DNA of 64,000 bases from an uncultured cyanobacterium (GTDB lineage Bacteria > Cyanobacteriota > Cyanobacteriia > Pseudanabaenales > Pseudanabaenaceae). Both the position numbers and the translations under genes were made by a program. The stretch is taken from positions 1,824,001 through 1,888,000 of the forward strand of contig OY969811.1 in the NCBI GenBank assembly GCA_963703315.1, written 5' to 3'. The notes beneath the pieces are model-generated. The model did not search any database. It was not told the origin of the DNA and saw only the letters and a program-made list of their open reading frames with translations. Shown in pieces: positions 10,586-19,495 of the stretch; position 1 is the first letter of the stretch; every line of letters begins with the position of its first letter.

Positions 10586-11266
10586 ATGACTGTTGCTTTA
10601 GATCATCCCAATAGTGCAACCAAAGCCAAGAGAAAGAATAATCACTATAGCCTCCAAGATTTTTTCTTGCCTAATCTTGAAAAAGGTATCATCGAAGACT
10701 GGAATGGCGCTAGAAATATTCTGACCAGCGAAGACTTTATCATTGGGCTGCAAGAAGGTTTAGAAGATGAAGTCGGTGAAGCTTCGGCAGCCGTCATGTA
10801 TTCTGTCGGTTGTGAATGGGGACTACAGGATGCTTTGTTTTTTACAAAATGGTTTGAGCGAGACTTTGGACGCAGTATTCGCCAGACTAATTTACCTTTC
10901 TTGTTAGAGACTTGGTGGTGGCCCTTTACATCACAGGGATGGGGACGCTGGCAAGTGGATATGAGCGATCGCAAGCAAGGGTTTATGTTTATCAGCGTAT
11001 ACGACTCGGCAGTAGCCCGTAGTCTTGGTGATGTTGGTAAGCCCGTATGCCATTTGTATGCAGGTTTGTTTTCAGGATTTTTTACGCATCTCGTTAATAA
11101 AGAGCTAGAGTGCATCGAAATCCAATGTTATTCAATGGGTGAAAACTACTGCAAATTTCTGCTCGGTGGCAAAAATCGCATTGATGCTGCTTCTTTCTGG
11201 TTCAACGAAGGAGCAACGACTCGCGACATTGAAGGTCGGTTGCGAAATGGAGAATTTCTGAAATGA
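10586..11266 (+). CDS. V4R domain protein
   Basis: GWG motif, KPVCHLYAG, E.QCYSMG..YC metal-binding pattern. Confidence 0.9.
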   Translation: MTVALDHPNSATKAKRKNNHYSLQDFFLPNLEKGIIEDWNGARNILTSEDFIIGLQEGLEDEVGEASAAVMYSVGCEWGLQDALFFTKWFERDFGRSIRQTNLPFLLETWWWPFTSQGWGRWQVDMSDRKQGFMFISVYDSAVARSLGDVGKPVCHLYAGLFSGFFTHLVNKELECIEIQCYSMGENYCKFLLGGKNRIDAASFWFNEGATTRDIEGRLRNGEFLK

Positions 11267-11556
11267 GTAGCCCAGATTGGCGTTTGCAGACATTACGCAA
11301 TTTTTGGCAGGGTGTAAATTGGGAAAATCGGGCGATCGCGCAATTTGCCAGCGATCAACCAAATAGTAACAATGGCAAACCGCCAACGTTAAGTCTTCTG
11401 ATGTCGGTAAGGGAATATTTTCGAGCTATTTCTTGGACAGGAATTCCTGAAATTGCTGTAACCTCCCATGAGACTAAGCCCAATTCTCCCTCTATAGATG
11501 ATGCAAGCAAGGAAACCCTTGAAGACTTTCTTGACGATATTTCTAACTTCTTCTAA
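11263..11556 (+). CDS. Small hypothetical protein of the V4R cluster
   Basis: ATGA overlap with the upstream gene; internal repeat (LRNFWQGVNWE / VREYFRAISWT); acidic LEDFLDDISNFF tail. Confidence 0.75.
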   Translation: MSSPDWRLQTLRNFWQGVNWENRAIAQFASDQPNSNNGKPPTLSLLMSVREYFRAISWTGIPEIAVTSHETKPNSPSIDDASKETLEDFLDDISNFF

Positions 11557-11570
11557 CGCAAACCAGACCT

Positions 11571-12029
11571 ATGATTCCGAAGATTCAAGAGCTAATTAAC
11601 CAAGCCCAAGATCGTTATCTGGCGACGGACGAGTTGGGACTGATGGAAAACTATGTCAGTTCATTGCCCGATCGCCTCAAACTCTATAAACTAATTCGCG
11701 ATCGCGAAATTGATCTTTTGCAAACAGTTGCCGATCAAGTTCCGACAGAATTGCCTAACGTAACTGACGAAGATTTAGAAACTGGAATTAAAAGTTTAAT
11801 TTTGGTTCTGCGCTATAGCTCAATGGCAATGCTATTAAATGATGAAAATTTTTTAAAGGAAAGATTGCTTAATTGGCTAGAAGGCATGATGTCGATGCGG
11901 GATATGCGTCGTCTCAATGACACCCTCTACAAATTGCTGAACCAAGTTGTGCGTCAACAGTTTAGTCCCGCCCAAGTTGCATTAATTCAACCTTTGATTA
12001 CTGCTGCTCAAGTCACGCTCATCTACTAG
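11571..12029 (+). CDS. Phycobiliprotein/globin-like protein lacking cysteine
   Basis: LINQAQDRYLATDEL and LRYSSMAMLLND…L.WL resemble allophycocyanin-like proteins. Confidence 0.8.
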   Translation: MIPKIQELINQAQDRYLATDELGLMENYVSSLPDRLKLYKLIRDREIDLLQTVADQVPTELPNVTDEDLETGIKSLILVLRYSSMAMLLNDENFLKERLLNWLEGMMSMRDMRRLNDTLYKLLNQVVRQQFSPAQVALIQPLITAAQVTLIY

Positions 12030-12039
12030 AGACACCATC

Positions 12040-12696
12040 ATGATTTCCGTTGCCGATCTCATCAAGGAAAATCGCATCCCTGCCAACTTTTTTGACTACT
12101 ACTCCTACCTAAAAGGGGATCTCCAAATAGGACTGTTAGAAAACCGCCGAGGCGATCGCCTGATCGCAGTTCCTGAAACCTTAATCTCATCCCTTTATGC
12201 AGGATTAGCCAAGGAAACAGGACAAGCATCCAGACTAGTGTTGTTTAATTGCGGCAAATGGTGGGGCAAAAACTTTTACACGCGCTTTACAGAATCTCTT
12301 GAGGAATATTATTCACAGTCCCTTGCCGAAATGGATATGATCACCTTTATTCAAAGTTTAAAGGAATGTTGGCAAACTCATGGCTGGGGTAAGTTTGAGT
12401 TTGATCCGCAATACCAAACGCAAGGATTCGTTTTTGTCAAAACCTATAATTCTCCTTATGTCCGCGCAATAGCTGGTAATAATCAACCGACAGGGTATTT
12501 GGAAGCAGGAATTTTGACTTCATTTTTCAGTCGTTTGACAGGTCGTGAACTATTGGCTGTCCAGACTACCTGTGAGTCTTTAGGTGCTAGTAACAATCTG
12601 TATATCATCGGCTTACCCGAAAGATTACAAATCGTTGATTCACTTGTTGCGGATGGTTTAGATCACGACACAATTTTACAAAGGATTCTCAAATAA
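12040..12696 (+). CDS. V4R domain protein (second paralog)
   Basis: GLLENRRGDRLIA, CWQTHGWG, LEAGIL.SFFS.LTG, QTTCESLGA. Confidence 0.88.
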   Translation: MISVADLIKENRIPANFFDYYSYLKGDLQIGLLENRRGDRLIAVPETLISSLYAGLAKETGQASRLVLFNCGKWWGKNFYTRFTESLEEYYSQSLAEMDMITFIQSLKECWQTHGWGKFEFDPQYQTQGFVFVKTYNSPYVRAIAGNNQPTGYLEAGILTSFFSRLTGRELLAVQTTCESLGASNNLYIIGLPERLQIVDSLVADGLDHDTILQRILK

Positions 12697-12784
12697 AAAT
12701 GATCTATGCAAGGTCGCGATCGCTTTTTTGTGAGTGTAAACATTTATGCTGAAACAATTTATGTACGCTGAACTTAATCATATT

Positions 12785-12899
12785 TATAGCTATAGCCATT
12801 TTAGTTAAGACATAAAACCCAAAAGAGAGTTGCGGCGCGTAGCGCCGCAACTCTCTTTTGGGTTTTGGGTTTGTCTTAACATAACTGGCTACCGCTATA
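12785..12899. mobile_element. TATAGC-ended palindromic MITE
   Basis: tatagc…aaaacccaaaagagagttgcggcgc-gta-gcgccgcaactctcttttgggtttt…gctata; same family as 20548, 32206, 53380, 57580, 59572, 61641. Confidence 0.75.
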
Positions 12900-13061
12900 G
12901 CTTGCTACCGCTATAGCTTGCCGTTCAGCCAATCTCCATAAATTTATAACTGTGTAGGGAGGGATTAGAAAGTCCAGAAATTGGGATAATGGGAGCGTTG
13001 AGATGAAGATCCAAACATTGATTTGAGATCTCAATGAACTAATAATGCAAGGTGAATTTGT

Positions 13062-14045
13062 GTGAAGCACCAGTCATTAGATTTATCGATTAAGCTGGGT
13101 GATTACAGTTATCAAATCATTCAACAAAACTTTCAGAGGATTGTCGAACAAGAAAAAGCCATCTTTGAAGATAAAGATCCTGAACCTTTGCATCAGATGC
13201 GAGTTGGGATGCGCCGTTTGAGAACAGCTATTCAAGTATTTGGCTCTGCGATCGTCTTGCCAAAAGCTATAAGCAATTCATCCATCGGAAAGATCGCTAA
13301 AAGTTTAGGAGAAACCCGCGATTTAGATGTACTTCAACAAGAACTGATCAGCCGCTATCAGCCTTTGTTGGACAATACAGAGATACTTAAGTTTGATAAA
13401 GTTTTGAAACGTTTGCAGAAAAAACGCGATCGCAGCTTTCTCGATTTACAGAAGACACTGAATGGCAAAAGCTATTACGACTTAAAGCAGGGCATCCAAT
13501 CTTGGCTAGATCGACCCAGATATACAATGATCGGCGATTTGTCAGTTCGAGAAGTTTTGCCCGACTTGCTACTACCATTAATCTGTCAACTTTTTCTCCA
13601 CCAAGGGTGGCTGGTAGGAACAACTATTCAGTCAGAAAAAGTCACCGTGATTGCCATTGAAAATTCTGAAGAGTTGCATCAACAACTAGAGCAATTCGCT
13701 AACGATCTCCATGACCTTCGTAAAGAAATGAAAGGTATTCGCTATCAAGCGGAGTTCTTTTCAGGCTTTTATGAGGCTTCATACCTTGAGAGAATTGAGG
13801 AGTTTAAGATGATCCAAGAAATTTTGGGTCAACTTCACGATCGCGAAGTCTTGCGTCAGTTTTTAGAATCGACACTGAATGCAGATTTGGCAAAGGTATT
13901 ACCCACTGTAAACCAGACAATGGAGCAGGAGCAAATCACATTTTGGCAAATTTGGCAGCCAATCCAGCAAAATTACCTCTCCTTAGAGTTTCGCCAATCA
14001 TTGCGATCGCTACTCTCAACACCGATAGATACTGCACATTCATAA
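13062..14045 (+). CDS. CHAD domain protein (polyphosphate-binding)
   Basis: DPEPLHQMRVGMRRLR, LGETRDLDV, LHDLRK..K..RYQAE, QEILGQLHD. Confidence 0.92.
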   Translation: MKHQSLDLSIKLGDYSYQIIQQNFQRIVEQEKAIFEDKDPEPLHQMRVGMRRLRTAIQVFGSAIVLPKAISNSSIGKIAKSLGETRDLDVLQQELISRYQPLLDNTEILKFDKVLKRLQKKRDRSFLDLQKTLNGKSYYDLKQGIQSWLDRPRYTMIGDLSVREVLPDLLLPLICQLFLHQGWLVGTTIQSEKVTVIAIENSEELHQQLEQFANDLHDLRKEMKGIRYQAEFFSGFYEASYLERIEEFKMIQEILGQLHDREVLRQFLESTLNADLAKVLPTVNQTMEQEQITFWQIWQPIQQNYLSLEFRQSLRSLLSTPIDTAHS

Positions 14046-14111
14046 CTAGCGCATCAGAGACATTAAATCATTCGGAACTATCCTGCGAATATATAGATTT
14101 AGGAATCTTTT

Positions 14112-15901
14112 ATGATTAGCCAAACTTCACCAGTTAGTATCGATCCCCAGTTTTTATCAAGTCCCCATGTCATGCTATCGACTCTTCAAGCACTACGTCA
14201 GAAAGTTGAAAGCGAAGGAGCCATTACCTTTAATAAATGGCAATCAGGCATTCATCGGGCTGAATTTCTTCCAAGCGCCCTGAATCTAGCTCAATACCTT
14301 GCATTACGTCAGTATGACCTCCGCGACCTGCAATCCGCATTAATGCCTTGGGGCTTGTCCTCTTTGGGAAGGATTGAAGCAAGGGTATTACCCAATCTTG
14401 ATGCTGTGATTGCGGCGCTAGAAGTAATGTGTGGCAACTACTCCACGGAGAATTTTCACCGCCAACCACTAGAATCCTTTTTTGAAGGCAATCGTTTGCT
14501 TCTCCAGCATACCAAGGAGTTATTTGGGACAGCTTGTCCCCATCGGCGGGTCAGAATTATGGTTACATTGCCCACGGAAGCTGCAACTGACTATGAGTTA
14601 GTACGCGAAATTATCCGACGTGGCGCAAACTCTGTGCGAATTAACTGCGCCCATGACAATCCAGAAATTTGGGAATCCATGATCGCTCATGTTCGTCGAG
14701 CAGCGCAGGAGAATGGAACATCTTGTAACCCACATTCCGCTCTTATTTTACTGAAAAAAATATTTAGAAAACAAATCCTTATACAGTAAGTATTTTGGGC
14801 TTTCGTCAGAAAAATAACACTATCTTAATATTGTCAATAATGACGTACTAATAGGAGTCATTATCATTAATTTTCCAGAAAATCGCTGAAACCCTCATTG
14901 TCTCGTTGTAAATATTTTTAGGCCTCCATTACGAGCGGAATGTGGGTTGTAAAGTGATGATGGACTTAGCGGGACCCAAGATCCGTACGGGAGAAGTCCT
15001 TAAGCCACCCGATCGAAAGCGGGTATTTCGAGGGGATCGCATCTTGCTCTCGCGGTGTGTACCTAAATCTGCAAGTAAATTAGAAACGGTTGAGGCGATC
15101 GCATCACCTATAGACCAATTCCAAATTTGCTGTACGGTTCCCGAAATCCTCGATTTATTAGTAGTTGATGCACCCGTATATATTGATGATGGCAAGATTC
15201 GGACTCGTGTGGTTGATACCCAATATCGATTACCAGATGGGCAATTAGGACTGTTGCTTCAAGTAACCCATGCTAGCCCCAAAGGAGTCAAACTTCGTCC
15301 CGAAAAAGGCTTGAACTTTCCCAAAACAATTTTATCGCTCAGTCCGCTTACGGCAAAGGATTTAAGTGATTTGGATTTTGTCGCCATTCACGCAGATATG
15401 ATTGGTTACTCTTTTGTGCAGCACCCCACTGATATTGATTTACTGCAACAAGAGTTAAGTCTTCGCTTAGATGGCAGATCTCCTAGTCCTGCGATCGTGG
15501 CAAAGATTGAAACGGCGATCGCGGTTTCTAATCTTCCAGAATTAATCATCCATGCAGCGAGTAAACAATCATTTGGTGTGATGATCGCTAGAGGCGACTT
15601 AGCCGTTGAAATCGGATATCAAAGATTGACGGAGATTCAAGAAGAAATTCTTTGGATTTGCGAAGCTGCTCATGTGCCTGTAATATGGGCTACACAAGTG
15701 TTAGAAAGCTTGGTCAAAGATGGAGCGCCTTCACGCGGAGAGATGACGGATGCGGCTATGGCTGAACGCGCTGAGTGTGTGATGTTAAATAAAGGACCTT
15801 TTATTGCCGAAGCCATCACTATTCTTGATGATGTCCTAACTCGGATGGAAGCCCACCAGTCGAAAAAAACGCCCCAGTTACGAGCATTGCATTCTTGGTA
15901 A
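14112..15901 (+). pseudogene. pyk: Atypical pyruvate kinase interrupted by a MITE (fragments 14112-14728 and 14947-15901)
   Basis: IMVTLP and RINCAHD in the 5' part; MDLAGPKIRTG, AKIET, IARGDLAVE and WATQVLESL in the 3' part; removing 224 bp restores …TSC-KVMMDL… in frame. Confidence 0.9.
14729..14946. mobile_element. 218-bp non-autonomous element (MITE)
   Basis: Perfect 14-bp TIR CCCACATTCCGCTC / GAGCGGAATGTGGG flanked by direct repeat TTGTAA (14723-14728, 14947-14952); no transposase ORF. Confidence 0.93.
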
Positions 15902-15957
15902 ATGAACAGCAATTGCATCGATTTTCAGTAATCCACCTAGCTTTTGAGTAATTTATT

Positions 15958-16152
15958 ATGACTACAAAATTAATCAATATCGAAGTCGATCTTCAAAATC
16001 ACTACACAGTATCATCCCTAAATCAGGCGATTCAGGATGAATTGATTAAGTATGGAAAACCACTTAATTGGGCTGTGGTTGCTACAGACAAAGAACGTCA
16101 AAAAGTTCATGTCAGTGCGATTTACCCCTCTCATTCAGATAAATCTCAGTAA
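15958..16152 (+). CDS. Small hypothetical protein
   Basis: 64-aa ATG ORF, GKPLNWAV motif, co-oriented with pyk and followed by a hairpin. Confidence 0.65.
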   Translation: MTTKLINIEVDLQNHYTVSSLNQAIQDELIKYGKPLNWAVVATDKERQKVHVSAIYPSHSDKSQ

Positions 16153-16181
16153 TTGACTATAGCGATTACCTTAGAGTCTAC

Positions 16182-16216
16182 AAAAAAGAAACCCGCCAAA
16201 GGCGGGTTTCTTTTTA
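16182..16216. terminator. Bidirectional intrinsic terminator
   Basis: aaaaagaaacccgcc-aaa-ggcgggtttcttttt between convergent genes. Confidence 0.75.
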
Positions 16217-16708
16217 TTTTTTAGATTGTTGAGCAGACTTGACAAGTTGTTTTTGCGCTTTCCAAGCTTCAGTTAAATACCCAAAGTTTTTCTTAAACTC
16301 TTCGCCGCCCCACCAACTGCCAACCCGACCTTCATCCCAAGATGCAGAGATCGCTCCGTAACTAAGCCCTAAAACGCCAATTCCTAGAAACAACATACTT
16401 AATAAGACAACTGCTGAAGTTGGTAAATCAACTATATGTTGGCTCACGAGAATGTAGCTAATAAAAAATGTAGAGATGCCTAAACCCGTAGGGATACCAC
16501 AGAAAATTGCTGCACGCCGCACAATCCGACGATTTACCTCATCTGGGATACCCGAAGAATTAACCTTAGGTTTAGACTTGGCATCAAAATTATTCTTTTT
16601 AACATTATTCGCAGCAACAGAAGGAGCAGGAGCTTTTTTAGCTTCTTTTGCCTTCTTACTGCGATTATTTGGCTCGAAAGGAATACGTTCTGAGGTGGGT
16701 TTACTCAC
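16214..16708 (-). CDS. pam68: PAM68 family photosystem II assembly factor (DUF3464)
   Basis: IPDEVNRRIVRR, GLSYGAISASWD, GSWWG; conserved position downstream of rpsO. Confidence 0.92.
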   Translation of the reverse strand: MSKPTSERIPFEPNNRSKKAKEAKKAPAPSVAANNVKKNNFDAKSKPKVNSSGIPDEVNRRIVRRAAIFCGIPTGLGISTFFISYILVSQHIVDLPTSAVVLLSMLFLGIGVLGLSYGAISASWDEGRVGSWWGGEEFKKNFGYLTEAWKAQKQLVKSAQQSKK

Positions 16709-16729
16709 TTTTGCTCCTTGCTTTTTGGC

Positions 16730-16999
16730 TTAGCCTCTTACACCAAGACTTTGAATCAGTTGCTTGTAATGAGCGCGGTCTTGGTTACGAACATAAGCTA
16801 GTAAACGCTTACGTTGACCAATGATCTTGAGCAAACTACGGCGAGATGAGAAATCTTTAGGATGTAGCTTTAGGTGAGCGGTCAACTGGGTGACGCGCTC
16901 GGTCAACAATGCGACTTGAACATCAGAAGAACCAGTATCTGTAGGGTGCTTCTGATATTCGGAGAAAATTTCGAGCTTGCGTTCTTGCAAAAGTGCCAT
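16730..16999 (-). CDS. rpsO: 30S ribosomal protein S15
   Basis: DTGSSDVQVALLT…HLKLHPKDFSSRR. Confidence 0.98.
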   Translation of the reverse strand: MALLQERKLEIFSEYQKHPTDTGSSDVQVALLTERVTQLTAHLKLHPKDFSSRRSLLKIIGQRKRLLAYVRNQDRAHYKQLIQSLGVRG

Positions 17000-17049
17000 G
17001 ATAAAAACTTTAAACGTGTTTTGAGGTGTACGTGACTAAACTCGACAAT

Positions 17050-17235
17050 AAACGCACTTAGGAGTTATAGAGCGAGTTCCCAACCTCACGATTGGGCATT
17101 CCTAGTTATTTCCATCTCTGGGATTGCGCCACTTATCCAAAGTAGTAGATTTACGTTTGGACAGATCGACTGGCTAGGCAGTTTCCATTTCTCAGTAGTC
17201 TCTGAGTACTGTATATAGCGACTTGCGATCACTAC
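17050..17235 (-). ncRNA. ssrS: Probable 6S RNA (boundaries approximate)
   Basis: Non-coding stretch with nested complementarity (17064-17081 with 17203-17220, CCTAG/CTAGG, TATCCAAA/TTTGGACA) around a central bubble; minus-strand motifs tggcg..cccagagat and gcccaa…gggaact recall cyanobacterial 6S RNA. Confidence 0.5.
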
Positions 17236-17293
17236 TTTTCTGAAGGCGTTAGCTTTTAGACAGTCTAGCCTAACATAATTTTGGCATAAACAA

Positions 17294-17328
17294 AAAATAA
17301 GACAGTGCTAAGCACTGTCTTATTTTTT
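17294..17328 (-). terminator. Intrinsic terminator downstream of ndhP
   Basis: aaaaataagacagtgc-taa-gcactgtcttattttt. Confidence 0.65.
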
Positions 17329-17454
17329 CTAATGGGCTGAACCATTGCCATGATATTTATCGGTGTCGTAGAAACCATTACGAGTACCAAAAAACAAACA
17401 GCTAACAGTAAACACAATAGTCAAAATCGGCAGAATTACTTTGAGATCAAGCAT
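17329..17454 (-). CDS. ndhP: NDH-1L subunit NdhP (41 aa; below the ORF-track cutoff)
   Basis: Manual translation MLDLKVILPILTIVFTVSCLFFGTRNGFYDTDKYHGNGSAH*; single TM helix plus the diagnostic NGFYD.D.YHGNGSAH tail. Confidence 0.95.
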   Translation of the reverse strand: MLDLKVILPILTIVFTVSCLFFGTRNGFYDTDKYHGNGSAH

Positions 17455-17591
17455 GATTTAGAAGGTTTAGAAAAAATGACGCTAGCTTCTATATTCTAAT
17501 CACAAAAAAATATCAAAAAAGTAACCTGAAAGGGCTTTCTTAACATTTAAACCACGAAAGGCTGACGCTCAGCGTCAGCCTTTCGCAGGAA

Positions 17592-18320
17592 TTAATTACT
17601 ACTACCATCGGTGTTGTCAGCAGCACTGTCACCACTAGGACGATAACTTTGCTCAAAGGCATAGCGCACAATTTGCGAACGATTTTCCAAATTGAGCTTG
17701 GTCATAATGCTACTGAGGTGAGTCTGCACAGTACGAGGGCTGATTTGTAAACGTTTGCCAATTTCTTTGTTAGTAAAGCCTTGAACAACTTGCCAAAATA
17801 CTCGCTCTTCAGAAGGAGTAAGGGTGGTGCGAGATACAGGCGCAGTGGGCTGCTGAAATAGCCGCATATGCTCGCTGGGAGTGCGATGTGGTTCGCGCTT
17901 GTGGGGCGAGAAGAAATCTATATCCGTCTTACCAATGGTCATGCGATCGCCACTTTTTAACAAAATGGGGAAAGTGATTCTCTGACCACGCATGAAAGAA
18001 CCATTGCGACTGCCAAAATCGACTAAGTAAAAACTACCAGACTCATTGTTAGAATTGCGAGGTTTTCCATCTCCCTTCATGGAAGACTCAAAACCATCGC
18101 CCTTAGAAGCGCCAACAATTTGTAAGGTGGCATGATAGCGAGATACCCATTTATCTGTTAAGACAATTGAATTATCATAGCCTCTACCAATAGTCCAAAA
18201 ATCTGCGTTTATAAGCGGAATCATCTGTTGTCCCTCATCTGCATGAACAATCAGATAGGGGTGGGGGTGTAGAAGGGTCACTGAACCGTTAGACAACTTT
18301 GTTGTGTGCATCTCAATCAA
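17592..18320 (-). CDS. FHA domain + LuxR-type HTH regulator
   Basis: WTIGRG, VSRYHA, DFGSRNGSF (FHA); LTPSEERV…GFTNKEIG.RL.ISPRTVQTH (LuxR HTH); start uncertain. Confidence 0.88.
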   Translation of the reverse strand: MIEMHTTKLSNGSVTLLHPHPYLIVHADEGQQMIPLINADFWTIGRGYDNSIVLTDKWVSRYHATLQIVGASKGDGFESSMKGDGKPRNSNNESGSFYLVDFGSRNGSFMRGQRITFPILLKSGDRMTIGKTDIDFFSPHKREPHRTPSEHMRLFQQPTAPVSRTTLTPSEERVFWQVVQGFTNKEIGKRLQISPRTVQTHLSSIMTKLNLENRSQIVRYAFEQSYRPSGDSAADNTDGSSN

Positions 18321-18616
18321 TTGCCAATATAACCTATTTATATATTGTGAGACGTGTTTAATAAATTTTGAGTTCCTTTTTTAGATTCATGACTTTTGCT
18401 GACATATCCTGTCATTTACTCATCCTGAATTTAGATAAACCCAAATTTACAAGACTATAGAGCCTTTACCATAATTGGGATTGCGTCAATTTTTACTTAA
18501 TTACAAATAAAATTAAAACTCGAAAATCTTACTAGCAATTGCTATACTCAGCCTTAAGAACTAGCCTAAGAGTTTAAAAGTCTTAACAACGGTTCTACAA
18601 GTTTCTCTTCAAAATC

Positions 18617-19024
18617 ATGATTTGGATTGCGATCGCCACACAATTAATACTCAGCGCAGGATTGTTATGGGCAACATGGCAAGTCTGGATGCTCCGCAAT
18701 GCTCTTCAAGCAACAGTCGAAACTGTGGATGGCTGGACTGAGGCTTGTGAAAATGGTTTACAGGCATCTAATCCTGGTCTAGAAGTGGCGCGTGAGGGTG
18801 TAGGTGCTACTCGCCAGCAATACCAATTATTGCAGGCTCAGTTAGAGAAAGTCCGCAAACTACTGTCGGTGGTTGGGCGTGGTGTATCCTTTTTAGGGAG
18901 TCGTTGGCAAAAATCTCGGAAAGGTTCATCTAAGAGTTCATCACAAAATTCATCTAAGAGTTCGCCAAACTCTTTAAGTAAAAAGTCGTCAGGGAGTAAA
19001 CATAATGTCAAACGGCGCAGGTAA
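18617..19024 (+). CDS. Membrane-anchored hypothetical protein
   Basis: N-terminal TM segment and coiled coil; overlaps the next gene. Confidence 0.7.
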   Translation: MIWIAIATQLILSAGLLWATWQVWMLRNALQATVETVDGWTEACENGLQASNPGLEVAREGVGATRQQYQLLQAQLEKVRKLLSVVGRGVSFLGSRWQKSRKGSSKSSSQNSSKSSPNSLSKKSSGSKHNVKRRR

Positions 19025-19367
19025 ATTTTTGGGTGGATTGTTTATCGGTACAGCGATCGGTGCGGCTGTCGGGATACTCTTTGCACCGCGATCAGGGAAA
19101 GAAACTCGTCAAGTGTTGAAAAGATCAGCTAAAGATTTGCCTAAATTTGCTGAGGAATTGGGTACTAATGTGCAGTATCAAGCCGATCGCTTCACAGAAC
19201 AGGCTCAACGCACTATTGATGAAGCTTTAGTAAAATTGCAGGAGGCAGTCATTACAGGACAGGAAGCTAGCCGCAAGCTACAGGAAGAACTAGCACTAAA
19301 CATCAATAACTCTACTAATAGTTCATTAGTAGAAGTAGTTGATAGCGCAATTGAAGATGAAGAATAA
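19005..19367 (+). CDS. YtxH domain protein
   Basis: FLGGLFIGTAIGAAVGILFAPRSGKETR. Confidence 0.9.
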   Translation: MSNGAGKFLGGLFIGTAIGAAVGILFAPRSGKETRQVLKRSAKDLPKFAEELGTNVQYQADRFTEQAQRTIDEALVKLQEAVITGQEASRKLQEELALNINNSTNSSLVEVVDSAIEDEE

Positions 19368-19495
19368 TACCAAAACTAAAAATGGCTACGTCATATTTAG
19401 TTTTGAAAAACCTTACGGGGTTTGGTTTTTAATTCACAAAAGTGCGATCGCACTTTCGTGAATCGGTGTAATCGGTAATGTAGTTATCAGAAATT

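Noticed and set aside
12876..13070. Short ORFs crossing palindromic elements (also 9716-9976, 32277-32474, 62175-62360)
   Set aside because: They run through MITE hairpins or antisense to real genes; no coding signal
14942..15901. Stand-alone short pyruvate kinase gene
   Set aside because: The GTG start lies in the MITE TIR; it is the 3' half of the interrupted gene
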